Below are positions 38,931 through 52,979 of a stretch of 64,000 nt of DNA, piece by piece. Below the pieces are notes generated by a model. The model made no database searches. It was not told the DNA's origin and worked only from the letters and a program-made list of their open reading frames with translations. This stretch comes from Octopus sinensis. Its lineage: Eukaryota. The stretch spans positions 134,540,001 through 134,604,000 of the forward strand of contig NC_042997.1 in the NCBI RefSeq assembly GCF_006345805.1, given 5' to 3'. The translations under genes and the position numbers were made by a program. The first letter of the stretch is position 1, and every line of letters begins with the position of its first letter.

Positions 38931-39326
38931 AAAATATATATATATATATATATATTCTTATTTATCCGTGTACATGTATATACTTGTATGTTATATATGA
39001 ATATATATGAGTGCGTTTTGTGTGTGTGCACACCTTTTCCTGACTTTTCGCTGCTTCTGTGTGTGTATAATTTTGTACTGAGTAAACGCTTGTGTTTTTG
39101 TACTATAGAATATATCTTTGAACTCCACATAAGCAGGTTATGACCTACTCATATTTAAATATATATTTGTTTACATTCATATTCCTATCGCTTTGGTTTC
39201 AGTCAATACGTTTCCGATCCACTACTACTAACTGTTTATCATTTCTTACTTCCGACCCCCTCTCACCTGCCTTTTTTTTCCGCTTAGAATTCTTGTCTTT
39301 TTCTCTTCCCCTTTATCTCTTCGGAG

Positions 39327-39360
<34 letters not shown>

Positions 39361-39362
39361 AA

Positions 39363-39394
<32 letters not shown>

Positions 39395-39609
39395 TCAAAT
39401 ATTCATTTTACTTTCGTTATAATGTTGTATATTTCTACATACACTGAACAGCAAAAGAAACGCGATTTTTTCAAATGTCATTTCTATATGGTAAATTCTG
39501 AAAATTTATTTCGAGGATGCAAGTGTAAATATTCCAAGACGTGCTGGTTTATTGGCTGAGACTCAAATTGCAGGTAACCTTTCAACTCTCCTTGTAACAA
39601 GATGTCAAT

Positions 39610-39644
<35 letters not shown>

Positions 39645-39645
<1 letters not shown>

Positions 39646-41120
39646 AAGGGGGAAGTAGAGCAGATGCCAAAAACTATAGGCCTATCTCTCTGACTTCACA
39701 CATCAGCAAAGTCATGGAACGGATAGTCAGAAAGAAACTAATCGCATTCCTTGAGGAAAATAACTTTCTGAGTAATACCCAGCATGGTTTTCGACTAGGT
39801 AGGAGCTGCCTGACCCAGCTCTTCCAACATTATGACTGGGTGTTGAGGCAGTTACTCAACAAATCAAATGTGGACGTAATTTACCTTGATTTTGCAAAAG
39901 CTTTTGACAAGGTGGATCATGGTATGATATGCCACAAACTGCGTGACTTCGGCATAGCTGGAAAACTTGGAGTGTGGTTACATGACTTCCTGAAAGATAG
40001 GAGTCAGGCAGTAGTGGTTAATGGAGCTACCTCTATGAACACACAAATAGTGAGCGGTGTTCCACAGGGCACTGTCTTGGGACCACTGCTTTTTATAGTG
40101 GCCCTCTCAGATATGCCCTCAAATGCCCGGATAGCCACTCTGGCAAGCTATGCAGACGATACGAAAGTCTCGCAGAAAATACAGAACCCCAGCGATGTTG
40201 CACACATGCAGCCAGCAGGAGTTGGACTCAATCTACAGATGGGCTGAGGATAATAACATACAGTTTAATGCTGAAAACTTCCAGGCCCTGCGCTACCAGC
40301 ATCCAAAACTGAATATTAAACTTACAGGATACACCGGTCCACAGGGAATTTCAATCCCTGAGCCTAAGTCTGTGAGGGACCTGGGTATCGACATGAGTGA
40401 TTATACCTCTTTCGATGTGCACATTACCAGGATGGCGACAAAGTGCAGACGACTGGCTGGGTGGATCCTAAGAACATTCAGAACCAGAGATAGGGAAACC
40501 ATGATGGTCCTCTGGTGGACATTCGTCCTCAGCCGCCTGGATTACTGCTCACAGCTACGGTCACCCACCAGTGTAAAATTAACAGCGGACCTTGAAGCAA
40601 TCCAAAGAAAATCGTCTCTTTGCAACAGCTCAGCTACTGGGAAAGGTTGAAACAGCTAAAACTCTACTCTCTGGAGAGAAGACGGGATAGGTATGCAGTA
40701 ATATATGTCTGGAAGATCCTGGAAGGAAATGTGCCAAATTTTGGCATTGTAAGCTACACCAATGCTAGAACGTGACGACACTGCATAGTGCCAAAGATCC
40801 CAGTAATGCCATCACGCTTCAGGACCAGCTTCTGCAACAGCCTGGGTTTCAAGGGCCGGCAGCTTTTTAATATTCTCCCAAAGAGTCTCAGGAACTTGCA
40901 CAAAGTAGATGTAGCAGTTTTTAAATCAAAGCTGGACATCTTCCTGTCGAGAGTCCCAGATGAATCTACCTCACGGCAAGAGGTGCAAATGAGAGTAGCT
41001 ATATCAAACTCCATTCTTCACCAAGTGCCACATATTAGAGGAGGTTCTTCGTAATAACAGTGTAGCACAAAACGGCGGTGCATCAGCATGGCCGCAGTTC
41101 TGTGGTGAAACAAGAAAAAA
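39645..41120 (+). mobile_element. 5'-truncated APE-type LINE (RT to 3' tail), frameshifted
   Basis: YRPISLTS, YLDFAKAFD, GVPQGTVLGP, YADD, LYSLERR motifs; starts right after (TA)n. Confidence 0.9.
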
Positions 41121-41786
41121 ATATATATGTATGTATATATATATATATATATATAATATAATATATATATATATAATATATATATATATGCATATATGTG
41201 TAGAAGACGTCATCAACACAGTAAACAACATGAAATAAGAAAACGAGTTCAATACGCAAACAACGAGAGAAAGAAATGGAAAACGGGACAAGTAACAAAA
41301 AAAAAACGACCCTTCATCAGTTGTCGGCTGAGTATCTACTCCGTATTACGAGCATTGAACGACAATATATATATATATATCTTACTCTTTTACTCTTTTA
41401 CATGTTTCAATCATTTGACTGCAGCCATGCCGGAGTACCGCTTTTAGTCGAGCAAATCGACCCCAGGACTTATTCTTTGTAAGCCTAGTGCCTAGTCTAT
41501 CGGTCTCTTTTGCCGAACTGCTAAGTTACAGGGAAATAAACACACCAACATGTGTTGTCAAGCGATGTTGGGGGGACAAACATAGCCACACAAACATATA
41601 TATATATACACATATATATACATATACATATATACATGTTTCCGTCTACCAAATCCACTCACTTTGGTCGGCTCGAGGCTATGGTAGAAAACACTTGTCC
41701 AAGGTGCCACGCAGTGGGACTGATACCGGAACCATGTCATTGGTAAGCAAGCTACTTACCACACACAATATATATATATATATATA

Positions 41787-42423
41787 TACTAGCAGTATCG
41801 CCCGGCGTTGCTCGGGTTTGTAAGGGAAATAACTATATAAGCATTTTTAGAGAGTTATAGCCAAAAAATAGCAAAAAATGCATTAAAAATGGAAAAAATA
41901 TGATGGTAAATTTTTTTTAAAATCGTTGACTCATCGTAGACATTTTTAGAGAGTTACTTCCCTTATATAATAGCGAAAAAATGCATTAAAATGGAAAAAA
42001 AACGATGGTAATTTTTTTTTAAATCGTAGACTCATGTAGACGCTTTCTTAGCCATTTCTGTTTTGGTGTCTTCAAGCCATGAAGTCGTTGTTCTAAAAGA
42101 ACACTGGTCTCCTTGACAACGCATTACGACTTGATTTCCTTACACTCCCTTCCCCACAGGTGCAGGTGTGAGCGTGGACGCCAACTCCGCCGCCATCGAC
42201 ACACGAAAAATTATGCATTAAAATGGAATAAAAATGATGTTAAATTATTTTTAAAATCGTAGACTCATCGTAGACGCGCGCTAATATTCAGACGGGCTCG
42301 ATATGAATCACGACTATAAGCTACCCGAATTTGGTTAAACTGTACCGCAAAATGTGGGAGTAGTTAGGAATCTAAATCGAAGGGGACAGACACTCACACA
42401 ACTACAGTTTTATATATATAGAT
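41787..42423 (+). mobile_element. Non-autonomous Helitron/Helentron-like element with internal ~100-bp repeats
   Basis: 5' actagcagtatcgcccggcgttgctcggg hairpin; 3' cagttttatatatatagat end; three aaaatgcattaaaatgg..actcatcgtagac units. Confidence 0.6.
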
Positions 42424-42599
42424 ATACATAGCGCAGTAGTGGTGAGATATGACAGCAAAGAAAGCATACATTCACTCTCTGCATGCAATTAGACTCGGAA
42501 AGTTCGTGAGGAACCCATTGACCCAATTTGCTGACTTTTCCGATAGCACACAGGTGTCAATGAATGGTTGAATGACCAAATCCAAGCTTCTCTGCTAGT

Positions 42600-42830
42600 T
42601 CCTCAACAGTTACGATGATATTTTGTTCCACCAGGGTTTTCAGGATGTCCTTGTCGAGTTACAGATCTTTCAGGATGAGGCTCGTCTTCTAGGCTGTAGT
42701 TTATGGCTCGGAATTTCTGGAACCACCATTGACACTGCCTTACGCTTATTGTCCAATCCCCATATACTGCATTAATATTTCTTGTACTTTGCACACATTT
42801 ATATTCTGTTATTCTTTTATATGTTTCAGC
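42600..42830 (-). mobile_element. mariner transposase N-terminal fragment
   Basis: RNINAVYG..SVRQCQWWFQKFR..SLEDEP motif. Confidence 0.75.
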
Positions 42831-43658
42831 CTTGAGGTTGTGGCCATGATGGATCATGTGTGTGTGTGTGTGTGTGTGTCTATTTGTCTGTCTGTCTGTA
42901 TGTATATATGTATATGTATGTGTGTGAACAATAATATTTTCAACAGATGTGTTGCAAATGTATCTGATTGTTCTCAAGCTTCAATACTGTGTGTGTGTGT
43001 ATGTGTGTGTGTGTATGTATGTATGTATGTATATGTATGTATGTATGTATGTATATGTATGTATGTATGTATGTGTATGTGTATGTATGTGTGTGTGTAT
43101 GTATGTGTGTGTGTATGTGTGTGTGTATGTATGTATGTATGTATGTATGTATGTATGTATGTATGTATGTATGTATGTATGTATGTATGTATGTATGTAT
43201 GTATGAGTGTATGTTTACTTTATTACTAATTACTCTCTTCCAAGAACATTTTCACTCACTCTTAGCTCTTAGCTTCCCATACATTTTACTCATGTATCTA
43301 TCAGCGTCATAGACAGAATACTTTCACTTTAGTCTTCCTCAAATCACTCTGTCTCTATTTACTTTCATTTTATTCGTTGCCCACTGTGTGTGTGCGTTGC
43401 GTGTGGTGTAAACCAGACTAAGAAAAGCATTTGACACACACACCAGAATGTGAGTTTTCTGTAAATTTTGCTTAATTGGAGTTTAAATTTAAAAACTGGA
43501 CCTGGCATGACGCGATGCATTGTACTCTTAAAACTGCTAGGTAAATTGTAATTGAAGAAATCCTATATTGTAGATTTGTATAACTCCCAAAGGGAGGCAG
43601 ATAAAATCTGCCTTTTATAATAAGAGATATATATATGTATGTATGTATATATATATAT

Positions 43659-43699
<41 letters not shown>

Positions 43700-44095
43700 T
43701 CTACATTTGTACACACACGCACATATATACATACATTCACTACGCACGTACACCCACCCATACACACACACCCACACACACCCACACCCACACACACACA
43801 CACATATATATACACACAATACACGCACACACACATACAGACGTACAAACACACACACAAGCACAGATGCCCACATATACCTCCAACAAACAATACTCAT
43901 ACAGATACGCTCACATTTATACACACATGGGCACAGACACACACACATTCTGCTGTCTTTGACTATACTACTCTTCTGTCTTTGAAAATATCTTTCTTCA
44001 CCCTTTTCCTTCCGGTCTTTCAAAATGTGACCTCGTGTGTACCGTTGGCGAATTTTTCCTCTTTCTTCCCTTCTCTGGATCTTTCCTTCTCCTAT

Positions 44096-44130
44096 GTTTC
44101 CGACGAAGAGCTCCGCTCGAAACGTTAAAC
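44096..44130 (+). ncRNA. Minimal hammerhead-like motif (U4C, extra A after A9) in a Penelope pLTR-like repeat at 43990-44230
   Basis: gttt CCGACGA a gagc tcc gctc GAAA cg tt aaac. Family relatives at 31690-31870 (-) and 11700-11880 (+). Confidence 0.55.
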
Positions 44131-44311
44131 CCTCCTCCTTTCCTTCTTTCCTGAGCGTCCAATAATACTATATTTGTTCCACGTCCTCGCGTTGTTGTGT
44201 TTTTTTGTGCTTTCATGTTTGGATTAACTTTATATATATATATATATATATATATGAAGAGAAGGCCAGGAAATGTGTGAGACGGAGATCGAAAGGACGA
44301 AGAGGGAATGA

Positions 44312-44374
<63 letters not shown>

Positions 44375-44937
44375 TTTGTACAACTCTATAATTCTTTCTT
44401 TTCTTCCATTCTTTCCTTCTATGTATTAGCCCTTTTAGACTTTCTTCGTTCATTCCCCTCTTCGACCTTTCGATCTCCGTCTCTCACATTTCCTGGCCTT
44501 CTCCTCATACTCAATTTCACTCCTCTTTCACTCCACTCTGTCCGTTTTATTTTTTCTCGCCCCTCTTTAAGTCTTACATCCCTGCCGTAAGGCTTTACTT
44601 CCATACACACCAGGTTAATTTAATTAGTCCTTAAGTCGAAAGACACCTGTTGTTATGTGCTGTTATTTGCATTTGTATTTGTATAACATTTGTCCTGTTT
44701 TTCCGTTCTTGTTTTCGTATGCATTCGTTGCTTTATTCCAAGGAATCTAATGGTCTTAGCTTAGTTTTTCCTTAGGACTGGCCAGTTTGGATCAATCTCG
44801 AGTATAACCAGCCGAAATCGCAAAGATAAGCTGGAACTCGACTGAGGAAAGGAAACTCCGAATGACCGGTCCTTACTTTATTTGTATCGTCTGTCTGGAT
44901 GTTTTGCGTTCTTGTCACATTTTTGTAGTTGTATGTG

Positions 44938-44979
<42 letters not shown>

Positions 44980-45626
44980 AAAGAGAGAGAGAGAGGGTGA
45001 GTGATAAGTTTGAGATACAGAGAGATTGTGTTTGGTTAATATGTTAACGTTTGAGATATTTGAATAGCCGATACTATATATATAGCCGTGCAGGTATTGA
45101 AAATGCTATGGTATTTGTGGCAGGAAAGAAAGTTTAGTTTAAACTATTAATTCTTTGAGAATATGACCAGCCACGTTTTAAGATAATAACTATATAACTG
45201 CTAATGTTATGTGAATATGCAACTGCTGGTGATTTTAATAATGATAGGAATAAAAACAATTTGTTTTCTGATGCTATGTGAACATAAACTATTTTAGCGA
45301 AGCATGGTTTACATAAATACATTAGCAATTGACTTCAACCGATATTCTTGAAATGAAAAACAGTCTAACATGGCTACAAAGTCAACGTCGCTCACTCTGT
45401 TTACTAAATTAATTAAGGGTAAGAATAAAGGATTAATTGCGCTCAAGATTTTGCTTGGTAGAATTCTTGTCAAGAGATGAAATTATTGCATCTGAAAAAG
45501 TAGTTATTTTACACATAGAAATACGTAAATTCCTTATTTCTGCTACATTGATCCCGCCAATAAAGAGTTGGTTCTCTTAAATGAGCTTGATAATGTAAAA
45601 TTACACGCAACATAACATATATATAT

Positions 45627-48600
45627 AAAACTTAGATAAAACTTAGATATGTTTCGACCAAAGATTGGTCCAGGCCATGCCTAACTTAATAGCACCACCT
45701 GGTAGGATTATTCGAATCCTGTTTAAGTCAAGTTTTGTTTATGGTCCATTCAAGTAGTGAGTTCTTGTTGAGTGAGTTGTATCCAATTATGGGTGGCTTA
45801 TCTGGTATTCTTTGAAGGAATCTATCCAGACTCCGTTTAAAGTTGATGGGATCCTTTTCCTCTTTGATCTCCCTCGGGACAATGTTAAATAGGGCAGGGC
45901 CTGTTGAGGAAAAGAAATTATGTTGCAATGTACATGTATGCTGTGATCTTGAATTGGGCAGGGGACGTATGGCCCGTGGTCTCAGTCTTGGATTAACCTT
46001 GAAGCTAATGTTTAGGTCGTTTGGGCAAAGTTGGCGGTATATTCTCCACATCGTACAAATGATGTACCGCTCACGGCGACGCTGGAGAGAGTAGAGTTTC
46101 AAGGTTTTAAGGCGATCCCAATAATCGAGAGCAGCCATGCCTTCAATTCGTTTAGTGAGTGCCCTCTGGGGTGACTCAATCCTGGAGATGTTTTGTATGG
46201 GGAGACCACAGTGGGCAGCAATATTCAAGGTGTGGCCGTACAAAGGAGGAGAAAAGTGGTATGATGACACCTTGTTCTCTGGACCGGATAGTTCTTAAGA
46301 TCCAGGAACTCATCCTACGAGCTATATCGACCTTCTTGTTGATGTGTGCACTCCAACTGAGATCGTCATCAACAATTACACCCAGGTCTCTGATATTGTT
46401 AGAGGCTGTGAGTGGTTCCCCTGAAGGAAGAGAGTATGGCTGTTTTAGTGAGGAATTTCTTCCAAAATGCATCAGCTCAAATTTTCCCTCATTCAGTTGC
46501 ATTTTGTTTCTGTCTGCCCATTGACTCACATCATATAGATCAGACTGGAGTTGAGTTCGGTCTGCTTCTTCATTGACGAGTTGCTGGAGCTTAGTGTCAT
46601 CAGCAAATATTTTCACTTTACACTTGACACTGGAGAGGTCGTTTATGTAAATTATGAAGAGTAGCGGACCCAAGACAGTCCCCTGGGGAACACCGCTGGT
46701 GACTTTTGCTGGGCTTGAGTGGACTCCATCAACTACAACATGTGTTCTATTCGCCAAGAAATACTTAATCCAGTGTGGAACTTTTCCAGGGATTCCAACA
46801 TTTGCCAATTTTGAGAGTAGGATATTATGGTCTACCCTGTCGAACTGAAGTCAAGATATATGACATCAGAGTTCGAACCTGTTCCCAAGGCTTTGAGTAC
46901 ATCTTCAATGTGGTGTAAGAGCTGTGTTAGACAGTCCCTGCCACAGCGAAAGTCATGCTGATTTGCATTTAGGAGTTTGTGGGTCTCCAGGAAGTCAGCT
47001 ATCCTTGATCTTAACACTCTTTCAAACACTTTAATGATGTGGGAGGTGAGTGAGATTGGGCGATAGTTGACTGCGAGGGATCTGTTTCCCTGTTTGAAAA
47101 CCGGGATGACCGACTGGGATAGAAACTGTTTCGGCATATAACCTGCGTCTAACGAATTTCTCCAGAGGTTGGTCAGAGGGACTGCAAGTTGGTGTCTACA
47201 TTCCTTCAGGAGACTAGCGGGGAATCTATCAGGGCCTACAGCAGAGTAGTATTTGACCTCATTTATTGCTGCTACGATTTCAGTGGCAGTGAAGGTTATG
47301 TCTGAGATTTTATGTTGGGAGTCAACTTCGTTCGCTTCTCTTACGTCAATATCAGTGGGAACACTAAAGACAGAGCAGTATTGTTTCTGCAGTATTTCTG
47401 CCATTTCTTTAGCATCGTGTTGGTGAATGCCGTTATCATCAATCAATGGCCCAATGGGTGAGACAGTGGTTCTATGCTTATTTGCATAAGAATAGAACAC
47501 TTTTGGGTTCTGTTTGATGTTTTTGATTATCCACTGTTCCTCCACAGCTCTTTGATTTTCAATGGAGGTTTTCATGTCGGTCTGCAGATGAAGTTTTTCC
47601 AGCTCTAGCCTTTTCATTGTTGTTGAATGTGGATGTTGTGTGTGGGAATATTTTAATTGGTTGATTTTTTTTGTTGAGTCTTTTAATGCGCCTGATGAGT
47701 GTTTTTTTCTTTTTAGGGAGCCGGTTTCTGTTTGTGTTAGTAGATTTCGTGGGAGCGTGTTTAGAGCATGTATAGGTGACAATGTTTTCAAAGTGCTGCC
47801 ACGCGTTCTCAATATGGGAGGAATTGAGAGTAAAAGACCAGTCGATGGAAGACAGATCCTTTCTGATTGCTCCCCAGTGCGCTTTGTGGAAGTTTATGTT
47901 GTCAAATGGGTGCCATGGAGTGGGATTGGCTGGTTTGGTTTTTATATGTTGGGAATTAAAATTGCAGAGTAACATGTCGTGGTCTGAGAGGAGAGTTTTT
48001 TCAACTGAAATACTGTGAACGAAGCTAGAGTGATTGGTCAATACCAGATCCAAGGTCGTTTTATTCTGCCTCGTTGGTTCGAGCACTAGCTGAGTCAGGA
48101 AGTATTCATCCATCAGATTAAAGAGCAGTTCTGTTGCTGCTCTATCTGATGTAGAGCACTTGCCTAACTTCAGAGTATTTGTGGGCCAGTTCACATGAGG
48201 GAGGTTAAAATCACCCATCACTAGTATGTTTCCGGAGTGGTACTTCCGAAGGAAGGACTTGACTTTGCTAAGGCACTCTTCAAAGCACTTTAGAGGTGCC
48301 TGGGGAGGCCTGTAAAGACCAACAATGATTATGTCCTTGGCCTTGCTGAATAGTGATACCGATTCACAGTAGCCATTGGAAAATATGTCCTTGGCATCAA
48401 GTGAAAAGGAGTCATGGATAAAGATGGCTGTCCCTCCCTTATTTCGGTCTGTACGATCCACACGAACAATGGTGAAATATTTTATTTTCACCTCGGCGTC
48501 CATATGGGTGTTGTTCAGGTGAGTCTCTGTAAGGATAAAGAAAGGGAAGCAATGTGCCGTTTCGGCAAGCCAACTCTCTATATATGGGATCTTCCATTTT

Positions 48601-49250
48601 TGGGCAGTAATTGATGGGTTGAGGCCACGTACATTTAACAGGAATGTCGAGGTAAGGGAAGTTTGATGTTTGCATTGTTCTAAGTTATATTTTATGATGT
48701 TCATTGGTAACAATGTGGGTAGTTCTTGTATGGAGCTGTGTGTGTATGATTTTCTTGTTGGTAATGGGTGTGTGGTCCTTGTGATTTGCATAGGTGGTTT
48801 CTGATAGCTTGTTGGATCTCCTGGCTTAGGTCGGCCTTCATATTTTCTAGGTATGTCAGTAAAAAAGAGTTACCTCTTTGGTTTTCCACTTGGTCAGATG
48901 ATACATATTTCATGTTGGCGTTATTTTGGTGTTTTTTCATGGTTCTGTACGTTGTTTGATTGTAGGAGGGGAAACTTGGTTGTATTTTGTTCTTGTTGTT
49001 GTCTTAGATTTCCCCTGTTCTTGTTTATATTTATTCTGTGATCGTTTTGTGCCCTTCAGATGATGGTGGTTGCATTCTGGGTTCAGGCACATCCTTTGTG
49101 ACACAGAAGTTTGGCACAGTTTAGGATGGAATAAGGTGCATCCATTGTCTTTTGTGCATCCGTATTTAGGATCAGGACCATGAACTCTGTATTTAGGACA
49201 GTATTTGGGGTGGAGGTGGGGGCAGTTTTTTCCCGTTATACCATATGGAC
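45627..49250 (-). mobile_element. LINE (CR1/L2/Proto2-like; clade unresolved): truncated ORF1 with three CCCH fingers, APE endonuclease, RT, 3' tandem repeat
   Basis: ORF1 CQYCPYG..C..HP / C..GC..C..FHP / C..C..C..HLKGT. Endonuclease LNVRGL, ETHL, MGDFN, SDH. RT GVPQGTVLGP, FADD. Several frameshifts; tail (atctaagtttt)2. Confidence 0.92.
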
Positions 49251-50708
49251 AATATTGACAAGTTTAATCAGAAATGTAAATGGAAGAATGTCGTCATGTC
49301 CAGAGACATTCAGTAAAGTGTAAAATAATTGACAAAAAGATCTGTGATGTTTTTTTATACAAATATATTTTATTAAACGGCAAATTAGTATGATAATAAA
49401 TTGATACGTACAATGAATGATTATTTGTAAGATTGCCTTATATATTATAAAAAATATTTTACGTGTTACATAATATTAAATATCATTACAAAAATAAACG
49501 TGGGATTTGCGCTTAAGAAATGAAACGAATGCTTAAGAAATGAAATGAACGCATTAATTACTGGAAATAATTTAATAAAACTAGCTATTTATCGCTTTCG
49601 TCTTTGAACACAGGGTTGCTGATATGTGAGACAATGAATAATCAAATAAATAATACTAGATAATACTATCATTACTTATTTCAGTAAATCGAAAAATTTA
49701 AAGCAAAGTTGGACGTATCTGGAAATGGCTTGAAATCAGTCAATAGGGTTTTAAATAAACAATGCATGGCATTGCTAATTTCGAAGTTTCTGCTAAAACA
49801 GCAGCTTATCACCTTTACGTATCAATTTCTGATCAAGACACAACGTCGACAATTTGAAGGAAATAAAGTGACAATTTTATAGACCATAGTACATCAGTGG
49901 TGCTCTGTTGTATCGACCTTCATAGAACGAAAGTTAATGTTGATAGTAGTAAGTTGTGAAGCGAAAATGTAAGGAAGGAAAATAAGTGCTTCCATGTATT
50001 TTATTTCGTTCTAACGATTCTGTCAGCTCATCCTCTTATCATGTTTTAATATTAAGAAATATGAAGGCAGTGAGCTAGTATAATCGTCAGCACGCCGGAG
50101 AAAATACTTAACGGTATTTCGTCCGTTTTTAAATTCTGAGTACAAATTCTGCCATACATCGTTTCTTGGTCGATTATATTGTTACCAATTGATTAATGAT
50201 GTTCGATTTAATCGATTTAATCGACTTACCTCCCGAAAATCCTAGTCCCATTACAACTTTTGAAACCAATATTAAGAAATAGGTAGGTGGAGAGCCGGCA
50301 GAATCACTAACACACTGAGCAAAATTCTTAGAAACATTTCGCCCAACGTGATGTTCTGAGATGAAATTCTGCCGAGGTCGACTTTGCTATTCACCCATTC
50401 GGGGTCGATAAAATAAGTAGAATTTGAGCTCTGGTGTCGATGTAATGGATATACTTCTTCCGCTGAAAATGGTTGCTTTTAGCCAAAATTCGAATTCAAT
50501 ATTAAGAAATAGGCTATAAGCATGTAGCAATATTTGTGAATGTGAAAACATGAAGTACATGTGTGTATAAAAAATACAGTGGCTCTACGTTTTGCCTAGT
50601 TTTATGCTTTTATATGATGGTAATATGCACACGTACACTGAAATAACATTGTATATTTAGATTGATATTATTAACAATTTTAAGCGATGTTGTAAATAAT
50701 GTAAATAG

Positions 50709-50751
<43 letters not shown>

Positions 50752-51186
50752 GGTATTTTTGTATAAGCTTAAAGCTTATAGCGATTATTATGCAATGACG
50801 AAGGAAAATAGTCTAATAAAGAAGCATATAAGCCCTCGACAGAAAAAAAGAAGTCGTTCCTATCCGCCATAGAAGACGTACGTATCTTCATACATAAATA
50901 CACACGTACGTACGTACGTACGTATGTACCTACCTACCTAACTTCATACATACATACATACATACGTACATACATACATACATACATACATACATACATA
51001 CATACATACAAAGAGCCCAACCAAAGCCTTCTTTTTCTGTCGAGGGATTATATGCCCCTTTATTAGACTATTTTCCTAAGTCATTGTACGGTGATCAACA
51101 TAACTGTTAAGCCTATATAAAAATAGCATTATTATTATTTACAGGATTATAAACTCGGCGCCGTACGAAAGAAACCATTCGCACCG

Positions 51187-51223
<37 letters not shown>

Positions 51224-51773
51224 AAAGTGTAAAAATATATTAATGAAAAGTGCTTAAAATTAATTGGTAGTTGTGTACAATGACCGACGAAAAAGATGAA
51301 ATTAAATGCAGTTAATGCATGAGAAATTTTTAAATGAAAAATGCAGTGAAAAATATGAAAAAATGTATACTAAAAAATACTCTTTTATTGCCATAGAAGA
51401 CGTACATACTTTCATACATAAATACATACGTACCGACATACCTATATATATAAGTGTAAAAATATATAAATAAAAAGTGTTTATATATAAAATTGATTGG
51501 ATGTTGTGTACAATGACCGAAGAAAAAGACGAAATAAAATGCAGTTAAAACATGAAAAATTTTAATTTAAAACATGTTTTTAAGATATGAAAATGTATAT
51601 TAATAAAATACTCTTCTATCCCCATAGAAGACGTACATACCTTCATACATAAATACACACGTACCTACCTACATACATACATACATACATACATACAAAG
51701 AGCCCAAATAAATTGTGGTAAGTTATACATAGTATAACATAACCATATCGTTCGAATGTGAATAATCTTTCCG

Positions 51774-52277
51774 TTAGTCTTTACTTTTCCTCGATATACG
51801 ATCGATTTTCCGTACACATACACAGGCAACCGGGATCATAATTTTACTCGGCTTATATATGTAGAAACCGTTAAAACATTTTCGAGTTCGTTTAAGTATC
51901 ACTGTTTTAGTAGATACTGTCACACATTGGTAGTTTTTGTCAGTGTCTAGACAATCTTTACAACGACACACGACTTCAGTTCGTAGTGGAGGATAAACTC
52001 TTTTGTTATAGATAGATTTCAGGTACCAAGGACACGTGGAACGCTTGCGGAGAACACTGGAATTAACATAAGATGTAGGGCAAGTCGTATCCAACTTAGG
52101 ATGTGGTGTTGTTGTGAGTGGAGCTATTTTATCTGTGTAAATAAACTTATTGCGAAATCTGGAAAGATTCTTATGACGGGCTTTCAAGTTGGTTGGTGTT
52201 TTACAGTGTGTCCGATGTGACGCCGAAGATACACACATGATGATACTGTAGAAGCAGCCCAAATATTGAATAAATAC
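51774..52277 (-). CDS. IL17: IL-17-like cytokine gene 4, coding exon 2 (about 171 aa in total)
   Basis: Acceptor gtcgcacag, then VFIQYLGCFYSIIMCV..RSTCPWYL..YPPLRTEVVCRCKDC..CVTV..CFNGFYIYKP..IPVACVC. Close paralog of g3. Confidence 0.9.
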   Translation of the reverse strand, partial: VFIQYLGCFYSIIMCVSSASHRTHCKTPTNLKARHKNLSRFRNKFIYTDKIAPLTTTPHPKLDTTCPTSYVNSSVLRKRSTCPWYLKSIYNKRVYPPLRTEVVCRCKDCLDTDKNYQCVTVSTKTVILKRTRKCFNGFYIYKPSKIMIPVACVCVRKIDRISRKSKD

Positions 52278-52553
52278 CTGTGCGACAGAAAATATTTTAG
52301 TGAAGTGGTGTGATATGTTTTCAATATGACACATTTATCAGCATAAAAATACAAAAATAATCTTATTTCATTAGAAATATATATAAAATTTGTTTTACAT
52401 TTAAGAGAAACGGTATCGCTGAATGATGTTGTAAACAGCCTGTTGAATGATAACAAATACCAGAATACTACGTGTGGTGCGCGCTGGTTCGTGATTTAGA
52501 AGGAAATCATGTGGAAGATTGTCTCACACACAAAAATAAATACATACATACAT

Positions 52554-52596
<43 letters not shown>

Positions 52597-52923
52597 TGGC
52601 ATCTTGGGCAAGTGTCTTCTACTATAGCCTCGGGCCGACCAAAGCCTTGTGAGTGGATTTGGTAGACGGACATTGAAAGAAGCCCGTCGTATATATGTAT
52701 ATATATATGTATGCGTGTGTGTGTTTGTGTGTCTGTGTTTGTCCCTCTAGCATTGCTTGACAACCGATGCTGGTGTGTTTACGTCCCCGTAACTTAGTGG
52801 TTCGGCAAAAGAGACCGATAGAATAAGTACTGGGCTTACAAAGAATAAGCCCCGGGGTCGATTTGCTCGACTAATGGCGGTGCTGCAGCATGGCCACAGT
52901 CAAATGACTGAAACAAGTAAAGA

Positions 52924-52979
<56 letters not shown>

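Noticed and set aside
44825-44870. Hammerhead-like ctgagga a gg aaact cc gaat gaccggtcc
   Set aside because: GAAU instead of GAAA and no convincing stems I or III; at best a decayed motif.
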